64,000 nt of DNA from the human T2T-CHM13v2.0 reference genome, Homo sapiens. The translations under genes and the position numbers were made by a program. The stretch is from the NCBI RefSeq assembly GCF_009914755.1, contig NC_060928.1; one strand, written 5' to 3'. The notes under the pieces are model-generated. The model did not search any database. It was given only the letters and a program-made list of their open reading frames with translations, and had not been told where the DNA came from. Shown in pieces: positions 29,871-44,407 of this stretch. Positions within the stretch are counted from its first letter, which is position 1. Each line of letters starts with the position of its first letter.

Positions 29871-30654
29871 TGCATATAAGCTGCACTTCTAACTTTTAAA
29901 ACAAAGAGTTCAGTCCCGTTGTGTCAAATGGAACCATTCTTTCTCGTTAAGGTGGCATGTATCTTTTGGAATGGTATATCCACATTCAAGTGTTACATCT
30001 TGGCTGTGCTAATAGGAGCTGGAGCCTGTCCCATATTTTTCCCTCCCCGTTTCCTTTGGGGTTAAAATAAAATGATTGAAGTTGGTTGTACACTGCCATT
30101 GAATTCAAGAACTTTCATAAGAAGTGTATAACATCAGCTGTGAATGCTGAAAAGCTTTTCAAGCCACAGTCACAATATGCCTGCCCTCTTAGCAGATGCT
30201 GGTAGCGGTAGTCTAGCACAACTGGTACTGTCCCTCACAGAGCTTAGGCTTCTGGGGAGTATTGTACCATGAACACCACTGTCCCAGAAAGTGCCCGGGC
30301 CACTAAGAATCACAAACCCTACTGTCCTCGCCAGTGCTGTGCGTCTTTCTTTAGGAGGCCCTGAGACAGTTTATTTAACACAGCTGCTACTGTCTTCTGA
30401 TATTTGCATTTGTTCAGCGAGTTGTTGAACCACCCAGTTATTACTACCCCAGTAGTTGCTACCAAACTTTCATAGCAACAAAGGGTATTGTTTTGGTTAG
30501 TGTAATATACCAGTTCTTCTGCATGAATGTCATTGAATATATTTACGTATATATAAAATATATGCCATATGGTAAATTAGCTAGGGCTGAGAAGTTTGCT
30601 CCCTTGAAATATAGTTTCATTGGCAAGTTATAAGCAGCAAGCAGGAGCATTTAA

Positions 30655-30870
30655 AAGTTTATTTAACAAATACTTATATTCACTATGTGTCAGGGTTTGT
30701 TCTAAGTACTTAAAACTGTTACTCATTTACTCCTAAAATTCACTTTAAGGATCCTACTTGAAACACAGGGGGGTTAAGTCACGTACTTAAGGCCACACAG
30801 GTGGTAAATAGTTGAATTAGATTTTGAAAGCAGGCAGCTTGACTGCAGAGTCTAATCACTGCACTGTTGC
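30655..30870 (-). mobile_element. MIR
   Basis: 'cactatgtgtcaggg...aactcatttactcct...ggttaagtcacgtacttaaggccacacag'. Confidence 0.6.
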
Positions 30871-31045
30871 TTGTGGAATCTAGCATGTTTCTCACAGTTT
30901 GGGCCCTATTTGTGTCTTTGTGTATGCAATTTTGCCAAAGAAAAAAATTGCACCTGTTCAAACATATGATCAACTCCTTGGTTTACCATGTGGAGGATTA
31001 CAACTAGATTATATATTTCAATATTGCTATTGAAAGACATTGATA

Positions 31046-31340
31046 GACTGGGTACTGTGGCTCATGCCTGTAGTCCCAGCACTTTGGGAGGCCAAGGCGG
31101 GTGGATAGCTTGAGTCCAGGAGTTTGAGACCAGCCCAGGCAACATGATGCAACCCCTCCTCTACAAAAAACACAAAAATTAGCCAGGTGTAGTGGTGCAC
31201 ACCTGAAGTCCCAGCTATTTGGGAGGCAGATGTGGGAGGTTTGCTTTATCCTGGGAGGCTGAGGCTGCAGTGAGCCAAGATTGCACCACAGCACTCCAGC
31301 CTGGGCGACAGAGTGAGATCCTTTCTCAAAAAAGAAAAAA
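31046..31340 (+). mobile_element. Alu (AluJb-like)
   Basis: TSD aaagacattgata (31033-31045) / aaagacgttgata (31338-31350). Confidence 0.95.
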
Positions 31341-31639
31341 GACGTTGATACTAATTTTCACTATAGTGTTATCAAGCATTTCCCTGTAAAAGCTTCTGAG
31401 TGCATGGTCGACCCTGGTGATGATCCGGGAAGGAAGCATGCATTCTCCCATCCCCCACTCAGCACACTCAGCTGAGCAAGACTAGCAGCAATCTCAGGCC
31501 TCCTGTCCTAACAGCATTCTTTTTATTTTTTTAGCTTTAGGGTTTTCATTTGTTGTAAATTAAAATAGTTAAAAATCTTTATCGGAGGAGAGTAGCTTGT
31601 ACACTTGAGGTTGCTTTGTTTTCTAATTACTGTTGGAGA

Positions 31640-32438
31640 TGGTAGTAAGCAGAATAATGGCTCCCCAAAGATGTTCACATCCTAATTCCCAGAACCTATG
31701 AATCTGTTGTGTTACACAGCTTGAACATTCCTAGTCTGAAAATCCAAAATGCTCCAAAATCTGAAACTTTTTGAGTGCCAATGTGACACCATAAATGAAA
31801 AATTCCACACCTAACGTCACATGATGGGTCGTAGTTAAAACAGTCAAAACTTTGTTTCATGCACAAAATTATTTAGAACATACAAAATTACCTTCAATCT
31901 GCATATAAGATGTATATGAAAAGTAATGACAATATTCCAAAATTCAAAAAAAAATCCAAAAGACTTCTGGTCCCAAGCATTTCAGATAAGGGATTCTCAC
32001 TCATCCTGCACGGAAGGGGGAATTCAGGTTGCAGATGGAGTTAAGGGTGCTGACCAGCTGATGTTGACATTAAGATTATCCTGGGTCATCTGGGTGAGCC
32101 CAGTGTAATCACAAGGACCTTCTGAGTGGAAAAGGGAAGCAGAAGAGTCACAGCAGGAGAGTTGACATTATTGGAAAAACTCAAACATCCATTGCTGGCT
32201 TTGAAAATGGAAGGAGGCCACAAGCCAAGGAATGCACACAGTCTCCAGAATCTGGAGGAGGCAAGGGAATGAGCTCTCCCGTGGAGCCTCCAGAAAGGAG
32301 CACAGTCCTCCTGACACTGTGATGTTTAGCTCAGAGAGATCCATTTTGGACTTCTGACCTCCAGAACTGTAGGAGAAAAAAATCTGTGTTCTTTTAAGCC
32401 TCTAACTTTGTGGTAGAGCAGCAGTAGAAACAAATACA
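31640..32438 (+). mobile_element. MLT1D-like LTR split by a Tigger4 insertion
   Basis: 'gcagaataatggctccccaaagatgttcacatcctaat' then, after the insert, 'gattatcctgg...gacttctgacctccagaactgtagg'. Confidence 0.8.
31717..32008. mobile_element. Tigger4 (Zombi/MER46)-type Tc1/mariner MITE
   Basis: TIR-like ends 'cagcttgaacattcct' and 'agggattctcactcatcctg'; internal 'aaatgctccaaaatctgaaactttttgagtgcc' and 'ggtcccaagcatttcagataaggga'. Confidence 0.8.
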
Positions 32439-32999
32439 GAGCAATCTGTGTTTTGATTTGTTCCTTATGCCAGTCCTAGCAGAGGGCTGCCTGATCTCAT
32501 GATTTATTACAGACACATTAAGTATAGCAAGGTTTACATTTTGACGGCTGTTTTATTTTATATGTAAAATTAACCACTTTGTGGGAGGGAGAGTTAACTT
32601 TTGATAATTCTGTGTATTTCTATACCTAACAATTATTTAAAATGACAGTACCAAGGTTTCCAGGAAAAAAGTGTCTTAGTAATTCTGGAGCAGGTAGAGC
32701 CACTTGAATCTTTTTTGTCAGAGTTGCCTAACAGGAATGTGGCTCTGCATCCTATGTAGTTGTGTCATACCTTTGCATTTGTTTAGGGTGAAATGATAGT
32801 CCCAGCATGGTGATACTGGGATGGTGGAGATTATCACTTAATTTTTACTCCAGGTTCCTTTTCATTTTTAAAGATCTGGTATTTTCTCATTTGCCTAGCA
32901 ATGTTATTATGAAATCCCAGAGAACAACAGCTGTAAACAAAAGGTGACATCATTCATTGGGTCATCTATTGTAAGTATGTAAAGGGCTATAGGCTCTTA

Positions 33000-33350
<351 letters not shown>

Positions 33351-34211
33351 TATAATAATAGATGGGGTTTTTTTTTTAAGGAACCCTGTGATAACAATCC
33401 TATATTCAGTTAAAGGTCTTCTCTTTGTACAATGTAGCAATAGCACTAGTGTAAGAAATAAAATCTTGGGAATTTTCTTGTGTCTTAAAAAGTGGAATCA
33501 GAAATAGTGTAGAATTTTGGTAATTTTTATGAAATACAGGTGGAAAATTAGCTGCAGTTTCTAGGGGGAAGAGATTGTCTTGTGTAGAAGTATAAAAAAA
33601 ATTGGAAACTCAAACCATAGAGACAGAATATTTTCATATTTGTAATACTTTTAAATGCATCCTTTTTAGATTTGGAGTCACTTTGCGACTTTCAGAGAAA
33701 AATATCTATACATATAAGCTGGATTGAATTCCTCTTATAAATGTGCACGTTTGAATAAAAACTCGATGTGGGAGGATAGGAAGTTTTGGTCTGTATTCTA
33801 AAATGCTTTTAGAGATTTTTCTAGGCCCTTGCTTCTCTAATTTAGAAACTTCTTGAGCCCTGGCTCTGTGGGTGCAGTGTCGCATCGGACTCTGACTCAT
33901 TTGCTTACATTTTATCCTTGTCAAGCAATTCTTGGTTAATAGTTTGCTTTGTCGTGCCAGTATCTCCATAACAGAATGGGGATGTCTTGGCTATATAAGT
34001 AGCCAAGTAAGAAAGCTTCACTAGTACCAGAAGGGTATCTGTTCCATCTCCCAGCAATTGTTGATAAAAGATTGATGTTCTCTGTTGCATCTTTTGTTAA
34101 TATGAACTAAAACTTATTTCTCTTTGATGAACTAGTTTCTGAGCTTACAAAGAGCAGACTCCGGACCAATGTGCCCAGAATCCCTAAAGAGTTAACCATC
34201 TCCCAAGAACC

Positions 34212-34535
34212 CAGTACTGTCAATGGAAATATAACATGAGCCATACATGATAGCCATTTATGTAATTTGAGTTTTCGAACAGCCACATTACAAAAAGCAA
34301 AAAGAAACAGATGTAATTATGTTTATAACATTTTATTTAGCCTAGTATACCAAAATATTATATGTAATGTTACCAGTTATAATCAATATAAAATTCTTGA
34401 AATTTTTACATTCTTTTCCAAGCCTTTGAAATCTGATGTATATTCTACACTTACAGATATCTCAGTTCAGACCGGCCACACGTCAAGCACTCAGTTGCCA
34501 CATGTGGCTGGCACCTCCTGTACTGGGCACTGCAG
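34212..34535. mobile_element. MER33 (hAT-Charlie)
   Basis: 'gaaatataacatgagccatacat...agccacattacaaaaagcaaaaagaaacag...tcagttgccacatgtggctgg'. Confidence 0.75.
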
Positions 34536-35394
34536 CTCTAACCAGCCTTATCCTTAAGGAAAAATATCCCACATAAATCTGAAGACAATTCATTAAGCGT
34601 TGCCATCCAATGACTTTGGCATATTGTATTTTAAAAACTGAATTATATCATGGAGTTACTCAGTGAGTGTCACAGCACACTGGTTCCAGTGTCTTTTGCA
34701 AGTATGAGTTAACAAATCTTACAGTGAAGCTTCTCTCTGAGGTTGTCTGTACCTTCGATTTGTGAATATCAATGCCATAAAATGTGCCTGGGCCTATAAA
34801 TGAAATGTTTAGATTATTTGATTCATGAGTATGGGAAAGATGACAACTCATACACTTTTGCATCTGGTCTGGTCTCTTAGCTCTAGTGCATCAATACATT
34901 TAACTCCTCATCTATCACCTCATCGTCTACCTCTTGTCCACCATCATCTTTACCCTATCCTTTCCTTGTTTTTGTGGGTAATGCTGTTTACTAATTTGTG
35001 CTCTTCCTCAGTTGCTTATTTTGACAATTTGGGAAGCAAGGCCACTGTAAAATCTAGATCAGAGAAAACATTACTTGATATCAAATATTTGGCGGCCGGA
35101 ACACATATGATTAGAATGTAAGAAGACCCAGGCATAGTAGAGAGACTGGGAGAGAGGATGGGCAGGGGAGGGAAGGGAGAGGAGAGTACAGTTCTCTGGG
35201 GGAAAAATAACTCAGTGCAGATGAAAGATTTCATAGCAGAAAACTCACCTGACCACTGGGGAAGCCACTGCATTTATCAAGCTTCCAGGATAGGTTGCCT
35301 TGGATTTCATAAATATATTGACTTAATCAAATAACTTCATGACACAGATTGCTGAGATGCAGTCCCAAGCCCTCCTCCATTCCTTTGGAAATTG

Positions 35395-36630
35395 ATTAAT
35401 GTATTTAACACTTTTTTTTGCACTTGCTAGGTGCTAGACCTCATTTTTGATTCTGGGGATTCAGCAGTAAACAGGAGTCTAGGTTTCTCCTCCAATGGAA
35501 ATTGGTTGTATATGTTGAGAGAGGAAAAGGTGTTGAAAAGCAGGACTGATAGGATGATAGGCAAGTAAAACCAATGAATAAGTTGAGATTTGGACTAGTT
35601 ATTGGAAGGAAGTAGAGAGTGACTGGGGCAGCCTACCCTAGGACAGTCAGGAAAGGTTTGTCAGAAGAGGTCAGATTTACACTGAGTTGTAAAGGCTGAG
35701 AAAGACTCAGCAGAGTGAACAGAATGTACAACCTGTGGAGGGAAAAAGCGTGATTACACAGGAAAGGGAAGAAGGCCAATCTGCTGCAGCCTGTGAGCAG
35801 CAGAAGTAGGCAAGAGATGGGTGTGGCGAGGCAGGCAGGACCGAGTTGGGTAGGGCTGGCATGCTTTGTAAGGAGTATTAGTCTTGTTCCAAATGCCACG
35901 AGAAGGCATTGTGATGTGACATAAGGAGAATGAGGTCTGATTTACATCTGTAATAGATCCCTCTGGCTGCTGGGCAGAGAGTGGAGTAGGAGGGGGTTAG
36001 AGCAGAAGCAAGGAGATGGTTATGAGGCTATTGGGAGCATTCTGTATGAGAATTGATGCAGCTTGGAGAAGGGTGGTGGTGGTGGAGATCGAGAATGTTG
36101 GATGGGTTTGAAAGTACTGGAGACTTACAGATATGATATGTGGCATAACAGTAGAAAAAATTAAGCATGACTCCTAGTTTTTTTTGTGGGTAAAGAGTTG
36201 TAGTGAATGGTGGTGTAGTTTAGCCATTGATTAGAGTTGCCCATTAGTCATCCTAATGGTGACAGATGTCAAATAGCCAGTTGTGATGCAGAGACCTGCA
36301 TTCAGGGGTGAGATCAGGGCCAGAGTTGTGTCAGTATAGAAGTGATATATAAAGTTATGGGAAGTCTAGAATCACCAGGGAATATTTTGTAGGCAGAGAG
36401 GCCCTGAGGAATAACAGTTAATAGGTCAAGTAGGAGACCATGGGGTAACCAATGAGGAGGACCGAAAGAACAATGTCCCAGATGCTACAGGAACCAAATG
36501 TTTAAGACAGGGTGGAGTAATCAGTTCTCTTGTTAAGTTCTTAAAGAGTTGAGTAAGATGAGAACACAATGTTTGTTGGGTTTAGCAATGTGGAGGATAC
36601 TTGAGATCTTGTTGAGCATTTTTAGAGAAG
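35395..36630 (-). mobile_element. L2 fragments
   Basis: 'tagatccctctggctgctg', 'gttgagtaagatgagaaca...gggtttagcaatgtggagg'. Confidence 0.65.
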
Positions 36631-38210
36631 TGATTCAAAGCACAAATTAATTACTTCCAGCATCCCCTGCAGGAAACTTTCCTGCTCTCTGTCTTTTCCA
36701 CTTTACCCTGTGGGCTAGAGGACTTCTTCTTCTTCTTCTTCTTCTTTTTTTGAAGTTACATATTAAAATATTTTGAAATAATTGTGCATTTACAGGAAGT
36801 TACAAAGATGATTCAGAGGGTTTTGTTAGCCTTCACTGGTTACTCCTGATGGTTGCATCTTGTGTAATTCTAGTACAATATCAAAACCAGTCCTCTTTTT
36901 GTTCCAAAGTTCGCAGGCCCTTCTTTGTCACTCCACTACTATATTATAATCTGGTTTTCTGTTTATATTGTATTTCTTCTAGACAGAGTGCCTTGAGCAG
37001 AGTTTATCCTTTTTTTTTTTAAGTATTTCCTAGCATGGTGCCACTTCATACCTGTTTGCTGAATTAATGAGTTGAATATTCTTGGATGCTGCTTTTTGCT
37101 TATATCATCTGCTACTGTGTTCTCTTAGGCAGAAGCAAATGAAGAGCCCAGGTTTCCTGTTTTCCAATCAATCTGCTAACCTCTTCCTGCACCATCTGCC
37201 TTCTGTAGCCACTGCCTTGCCTGGACTGAGGATATCTTTGCCCAGAATTACATCACTCCCTCTCCTCTCTGACTCTTCCTCCACCACAACCAAGCCAATT
37301 GCCAGTGATTGATTCTGAAGGCTTGCTTAGCTCCATTCCTTTCTTCTTGGACATTTCATTTGTACCCTGTACTTTTTTGGGAGTCATATATGAAAACCTG
37401 TGGAAATCCCCTTCTTACCTATTTCAGAAACTCCATCTTTCCCCCACCTCTGAGTTCTTTGGGTGAAGACATCTCTGAATTTACTTCATACAATTTACCA
37501 TTTTTGAAACTTTCATTTGCCCCATTGCACACTTAAGTATCTTAGAGACCTAGAAAGTTTGGGTTCTATTTGCCTGGTAATAGTTGACCATGGCAACTTC
37601 AAAAGGGTTCTTTTTAACAACTTCCCCCTGCTCCACCCCAACGGTAGTTATTTTGCTACCAGGGCTGTGTGGAAGTGGTTTTTTTTTTCCCTTCTCTCCT
37701 ACTTCTATCAGTTTGTTTTCCACTTCATTATCCTCCTGTTGCAACACCCCAATTATGCTAGTTGCTGTGGAGATATTAAGTGTATTGCTAATGGAGGATT
37801 ATTCCTTTAAGTGGAGGGGTAGAAGCAAGAGGAGGTTATAAATCTTGTTTTTGTGCAAATGTTTCCTAGTAACAAAAATAATTAATGTTACTGGAGACCG
37901 TGGTATATAAATGGCTATATAGGATTTGCTTGTGTTTTTAGAAGGGATTGAATTTCTTAATTAAAGAAAATATTAAGATTCTGATCTTATTGGAGATTAA
38001 TACCCTATTTTAATACTTTGCTGTTCATTAAGTCCCTTGAACATAAATTCCCCATATAGACAGAATATTTTCTTGAAATGATCTTTTAAAATTTATTTTT
38101 AAAAGCTTTTTAAAACTTTACTAGAGGGAGACACATTTTTGAATATTGTTCCATCTGATTTCTATTTCTTGAACTCTTGCAGCTTCCCATGGCCTTTATT
38201 CTATAATAAT

Positions 38211-38344
38211 TAAGGTGATTGTGTGTCCTGGTTCACGCTAGTCACAGTGTATACCTATTGTCCTAGTGTACTTATTCATTAGTAAGGCTGTCTTTCACTG
38301 TCACAACTGGCCAGGTTTGGATGTTAAATTATATGGTCACCCTA
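38211..38344. mobile_element. MER94 (hAT-Blackjack MITE)
   Basis: Ends 'taaggtgatt' / 'atatggtcacccta'; internal 'ggtttggatgttaaattatatgg'. Confidence 0.7.
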
Positions 38345-39970
38345 CTTAAAGACTACGTTTAATAGAAAACTGAAGAGTGAAGTATTTCATATATCCTGTT
38401 TTAATCCACATAACTTTTATACACATATGCACATACATATGTAATTTTTCACTTTTGCAACTAAACTTGTAGAATCTTGCCCCAATGTCTTGAAACTGCA
38501 GAAAGATATATATTGTTACTGTTGTAAGCAAGTCAAAAGAACTTTTCTTGATAGAACTCTGATTTCCTCATGTTATGTTTTCACTAAGATTCACTGCACT
38601 GTAGTAATGCCTGACTTGGCTCCTCCTAACTGGGCGAGGGCTGTTTTTGGGTGGTCAGTGTTGTACAAATATTAGCTGTTGTGATTTGAAAAGATCGTAT
38701 CTCAAGTTTGATTCCCTCCTCCATATACATTTTCACCTCATGTTCACAATAGATTTCTTCTCCTAGACTGTTCATAGCCTCATCTCTCTATTAGCAGCTC
38801 AGTTATTGATATACCCAAGGGTAGACTAACAGCCACTGGAGTGAATAGGAAATAGGAAAGGAAAGATCTTTTAAAACTTGGACACAGTAAGAGGTAAAAA
38901 GTTCCATGTTGATATGCAATCTTGCATTTAAAAATATTCACATTCTTTCCCTAACACCTTCCTCTTAATATCAAGTATATTATTGTAAAAACTCTGAAAA
39001 TCATACTAAAATTTTTATAATTTAATGAAAGATCCTGGAGAAATTTTTGGGCAGGTTATGCTCTAGGGCCAATGGGATCTTGAAGTGATTGTAAAAGTGA
39101 GTAAGAGTTAGTGAATTACTAGTATTGGAGGCCATCTTTCAGGGTTAATCTCTAGAAAAGAGTCCTGTTGCACTCTTCAACATGTCAGCAGAATCAAGGT
39201 TGGTGAAGGTAAGAGCTTGGTGACAACCAAGCAAGCACATATTTTGTGCCAGGCTGAGTGTACTATTGTAAACAAAACAGATGTGGTCCCTACCATCATG
39301 GAGCCTACCACCTAGTGTGGGAGACACCCAATTAAAACAAGGAAATGGGCATATAATTACAAGTTATGGAAAAGGACCAATGGTGCTGGGAAAATAAGAA
39401 GAGAGACCCACTTTAAAGAGTGATTAGTAAAAGGCCCCTTTTAGGAAGGAATATTAAAGTTGAGAAGCTGCTGGCCATGTGTAGTTGTTAACCCAAACCA
39501 AAACTCTATGAAGTTGGTGGTGTATCAAGGTGAGACTCATTAAGTAATTTGTTCAGGGTAATTGAACCAACTATTACCAAACATGAGGCCCTTCTGGGTT
39601 CCTCTTGCAGAGTTTCCCAAATCTTTTTTTCATTATTAACCCCTGAAGGCACCTTTTAGGCAAGTTTTTTCTAGCCACTCTTTTTCCCCTGTGAAATTTT
39701 AATGCCTTTGGAAGACTACAGACCTTTTTTTTTTTCAATATGCTTTTCAAGCACCAATCTTTGCCCTTGTTGAGAATGCATGGTCTAGCAGTAGGGCTCA
39801 TTTTGAGGCAGTCAGAAATTGTCCTTGGATCTTCAGTTGAACTTTAAGTCCCTTGAAGTAGAGACCAACACTAGTTGGGAAAGCTGTAATAATAGATGCT
39901 ACTTATCATGGTACTTTTTAAAAATTTTTTATTTTTTATGGGTACATTGTAGGTGTATATACTTATGGCC

Positions 39971-40252
39971 TTTTTTTTTAAGAGACAGGGTCTCACTATG
40001 TTGCCTAGGCTGGAGTACTGTGGTGCAATCACAGCTCACTGCAGCTCAAATGATCCTCCCACCTCAGCTTCCCAAGTAACTGGGACTACCATGCATGCCA
40101 CCATGTTCAGCTAAACTTTTCAATTTTTTTTGTAGAGATAGGGTCTTGCACTGTTGCCCAGGCTGGTCTTGAACTCCTGGGCTCAAGTAATCCTCCTGCC
40201 TTGGCCTCTCAAAATGCTGGAACTTACAGGCATGAATCACTATGCCTGACCT
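39971..40252 (-). mobile_element. Alu (AluJ-like)
   Basis: 'gagacagggtctcactatgttgcctaggctgg...actcctgggctcaag'. Confidence 0.9.
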
Positions 40253-40462
40253 TTAAAAAAATTTTTTTTTAATATTCCATGAGGTTGGGAGAAGCAGAAT
40301 AAAGATGTTGGAAGTAGAGCTTGAAAGTTCTTAGATGGCTTGTTAAGGGTAGTCATGTAATATGTATTAGGTTGCGAAAAAAGTAGGGAATATATTTGAA
40401 ATTAGGTAAGAAAGCTGTAGTCTGTATCTTCTGCTCTGTATCTGTGTCTGTGTGTTAAGGTG

Positions 40463-40855
40463 TGTAGTAGGCTGTTCTTGCATTGCCATAAAGAAATACC
40501 TGAGGCTGGCTAAATTATTTCAAAAAGAGGCTTTAATTGGCTCACTGTTCTGCAGACAGTACAAGAAGTGTAATGCCAACATCTGCTTCTGGTGAGGGCC
40601 TCAGGAAGCTTACAATCATGGCAGAAGGTGAAGGGGAGCAGGTGTCTCACATGGCTAGAGCGGGAGCAAGAGAGAGAGGAGCGAGGTGCCACACACTTTT
40701 AAACAACCAGATCTCATGTGAACTCAAAGTGAGAACTTATCACCAAGGGGATGGTGCCGAACCAATTCATGAGGGATCTGCCAGGTTCTACCTCCAACAC
40801 TGGGGATTACATTTCAACATGAGATTTGGAGGGGATGAACATCTAAATTATATCA
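40463..40855 (-). mobile_element. MST (MSTA/B) MaLR solo LTR
   Basis: 'cattgccataaagaaatacctgaggctgg...ggaagcttacaatcatggcagaagg...tatatca'; 5-bp TSD aggtg/agatg. Confidence 0.85.
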
Positions 40856-42341
40856 AGATGTGTGTGAGTGAGACATTTAGATCAAATTAGTTCTAGTTGT
40901 CTGGTAGACAGTCATGGAAACTAGAGTAAGGTGTACACGACTTAATGACCTGTCGTGTAATTCCCATGAGTGCCTCAAAGAATTTTTGAGGCAGGCTCAT
41001 TCTATCAGACTTCAACATTTTAAAGGCATTACATCCTTTTATTGTTTCATCAGCCACTAGTGCCAGATAGATCTTAACTTTTTTTTCAACTCTTTAAATC
41101 CTGTGGTGTAATCGGAGCTGATTTTCCCCCTTTTAATCTTTTTGTTTTGTTTTCCTTCTTAACAAGCAAATTCCCTTTAGTAGGGGCAGGAAAATTATGA
41201 AACTACATTCAGAAAGGATGTGATTTATAAAAGTTCCTTCTAAATGAATTAGTAGGAAAGGCAATATATGGTATTAGTCGCTACATTTCGTTTCTGTTCT
41301 TTTTGCCCCATTTGCACAAGCAACTGAGCCCCTACTTTGAGATGGCCCTATTTTGCCATCATCACTAAACAAAACAAGACCTTCAGTTTGTTTTTAAATG
41401 GTGTGCTTGAACCTTCTACTAAAATGTTATTTGTGAAACAATCTTAGGGTTGGGTATAGACTCACTGGTTTTTTTTTTTTAATGAAAACTTCCTCTTCAC
41501 TTTTTTATACAAGTAATTAGCTATTCTGGCATTCTGAGAATCCTTTGATCCCTTCAACTTAAATATTGACAAAATGCGTAATTTGAATCATTTGTTCTCA
41601 AAAACGTTTTTACTTATTTATATGAGAATTGATTATATTCTAAAGAGAATGTGGATTGTGACTTTAAACTTATCCTGAATTTAACAAATTATTAAATGTT
41701 TATAAAGCACAAATGTTCCTAATAGTTTCTTAATATGGAATTTGGAAGCAGAAGTAGTGGAAGATGTGTGGTGTCAGCTGTGAATTGCCATGGATGTGCT
41801 TGTCAACAAAGAGAAGCCGAATAAGCTGAGTGTCATGGCAACAGAGACTGGAGGAGGAGCTCTGAGGCCTGGAGTGCTCAGGTCAACCTCCATCCTCTGG
41901 GTGCTTTCACCTGAAAAGGCTCAAAGATCTCACATCCTTTGGGTTAGGACTGAAGAGTAAATTTATTGTGCAACAGAGTGCTGTGTTATGAAGGGCATTC
42001 AGTGTGACCAACCAGGTTCCAAGAAGGCTTGGATGTCTTCTTCTCTGTCCCCTCAAGTCTGAAGCAGGGCAGAGCCCATTGAATTCTAGATGTAATTCAC
42101 AGAAAACACCAAAAAAGTTTCAAAAGTTTGTTTGAAATTGAGATGTTTTCATTTAAAATCACAGTATAAAACTTACATGGAATTTTGAAAATGGCAGAAA
42201 ATTATTTTTGGGGACCTGGCTGTTATTTCTGCAGTCAGTTTTCTGTCTTATGGTAGAATCTTATTTGTAGATATGCTTCATGTTAACTGTATATTCTTGA
42301 TCGATGAGTAGTTTCAAGAGGTGATTAAAATACCTCTTTTT

Positions 42342-42634
<293 letters not shown>

Positions 42635-42719
42635 TGCTCTTTTTAAAATCATCTTGCATTTGGCCAGGTTGGGTGGGCATGTAACTAAAGTGTCTAGGAG
42701 TGTTTAAAAAAAAAGTGTC

Positions 42720-43013
42720 GGATGGACATGGTGGCTCACACCTGTAACCCCAGCACTTTGGGAGGCTGAGGCTGAAAGATCACATGAGCCCAGGAATTTG
42801 AGACCAGCCTGGGCAATGTAAGGAAAGATAGTCTGTACAAAAAATAAAAATAAAATTAAGCATGGAGGTGCACACCTGTGGTCCCAGCTACTCTACTGGA
42901 GAATCTGAGGTGGGAGGATCACCTGACCTCAGGAGGTCAAGGCTGCAGTGAGCCGTGATTGCACCACCGCTCTCCAGCCTGAGCAACAGAACAAGATCCT
43001 GTCTCCAAAAAAA
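42720..43013 (+). mobile_element. Alu (AluJ-like)
   Basis: Diverged dimer; TSD-like aaaaagtgtc / aaaatgtgtc. Confidence 0.9.
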
Positions 43014-43036
43014 TGTGTCTATTCTCATTAAGACTT

Positions 43037-43082
43037 AATTTTAGATTCTAAAATGAACCAATTTTAGATTCTAAAATGAACC
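43037..43082. repeat. Perfect 23-bp tandem duplication
   Basis: aattttagattctaaaatgaacc x2. Confidence 0.95.
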
Positions 43083-44407
43083 AATGAAATGACAGTCCAT
43101 CTCTTCAAAGAGCTCATGTGTAAATGGGATTTAACCAGGTATAGTCAAATACAGATTAATTTTCTTTCAGGTGCTGATTGATGTAGCCTTTGATCTGTCT
43201 TAGTTCCTAATGGAGACTGGACCATTTGTTCTCTCTTAAACTGGGGAGAGAGTTGATACAAGCTGTGGCAGATGATTGTAGCTCTCCTAGAAAAGAGGCT
43301 TGGAAGTCTTCTTCCCTGTCCCCTCAAGTCAGGGGCAAGCCAGAGCCCATACATGCAAGAGCAGTTTTGCTGAGCCAGGAAGGGAAACTAATCAGGAAAA
43401 ATGAGACAAGAGGCTAGGCTGAATGCCCCAGGCCAGGGAGCAGAAAGTTATAGAACTCCCTAGAGATGGAGTCTTTTGGGCCACAGGATGATGTCGTAGC
43501 ATCCTGCAAGAGGCATCTGAGGCCTGGATTAGCAGAACCTTCCTTCTCCAAGGCTCTGAGAACAGTCTGGATTTGGTACTGGAAGCAGGAAACAAGAAAG
43601 AGTGATCATCATATGTTGCAGGAGTAGTAAAGGAGCCCGTGATCTGAAAGGAAGAGGAGCATGTGGCCATTTAGTGAAAACAGGGTTACTGAGAAGCATT
43701 GTGAGGTGTGCTCTGCACCTTCCTCTGTTGTGTGTGGTTTGTACCCCAACATTCTCAACATAATCAGCTGGTCCTCAAGGGTGCTTCACTATTGTGAGCC
43801 TAATGGGACTCACAAACCAAATAAAGTATAGGATAGCTGTCTCCCCTTGAGAAAAGGTTTTAAACAAGAGAAACCTGGCTTGTAGTGTGGTTCCTTGAGA
43901 CAAGCAGCTACTAAACCCTTTAATTAGGGGCACTATTAAAGTGAATCTTGGGCTACAAGTATGTTCTTAAGGGATGTCTGAAAAGATGTCATTTTGGAAG
44001 TAAAGCAAGTCTTCTCTTAGGCATTGTTTTGTCAGGGCACAATTTTGCAGATGCACATTAAGGATTTGTGCTAAGCTTCCCTACATGTGCTTGTGTTGCA
44101 CGCTGAATGAGGGATAAGGCGTGTCCTGCCATTTGTTATATAAAGCTTCCCTTTCATGAATATGTATGTTGAATAGGAAAGCTATAGGAGGCAGCAATGG
44201 AGTTACAGATCTAAATGTTATGCCACCAAATGGAATGCTGCCCTGACCACAAATGTTGTTTCATCAACATTAAGCTGCATTTAGAATGCTCTTTACTTTT
44301 AGAAGGCTTAAGTGCTTTCGAATTGTAAGGTAAATTTAGATCAGTGATTGTATTTGAGCAAATTGTCATTATTCTTAAAGGATCTAACTAGGGGTGTGGA
44401 AAGCTGT

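Noticed and set aside
43037-43082. Palindromic direct repeats as a mini-CRISPR
   Set aside because: Only two adjacent copies, no spacer, no cas genes.
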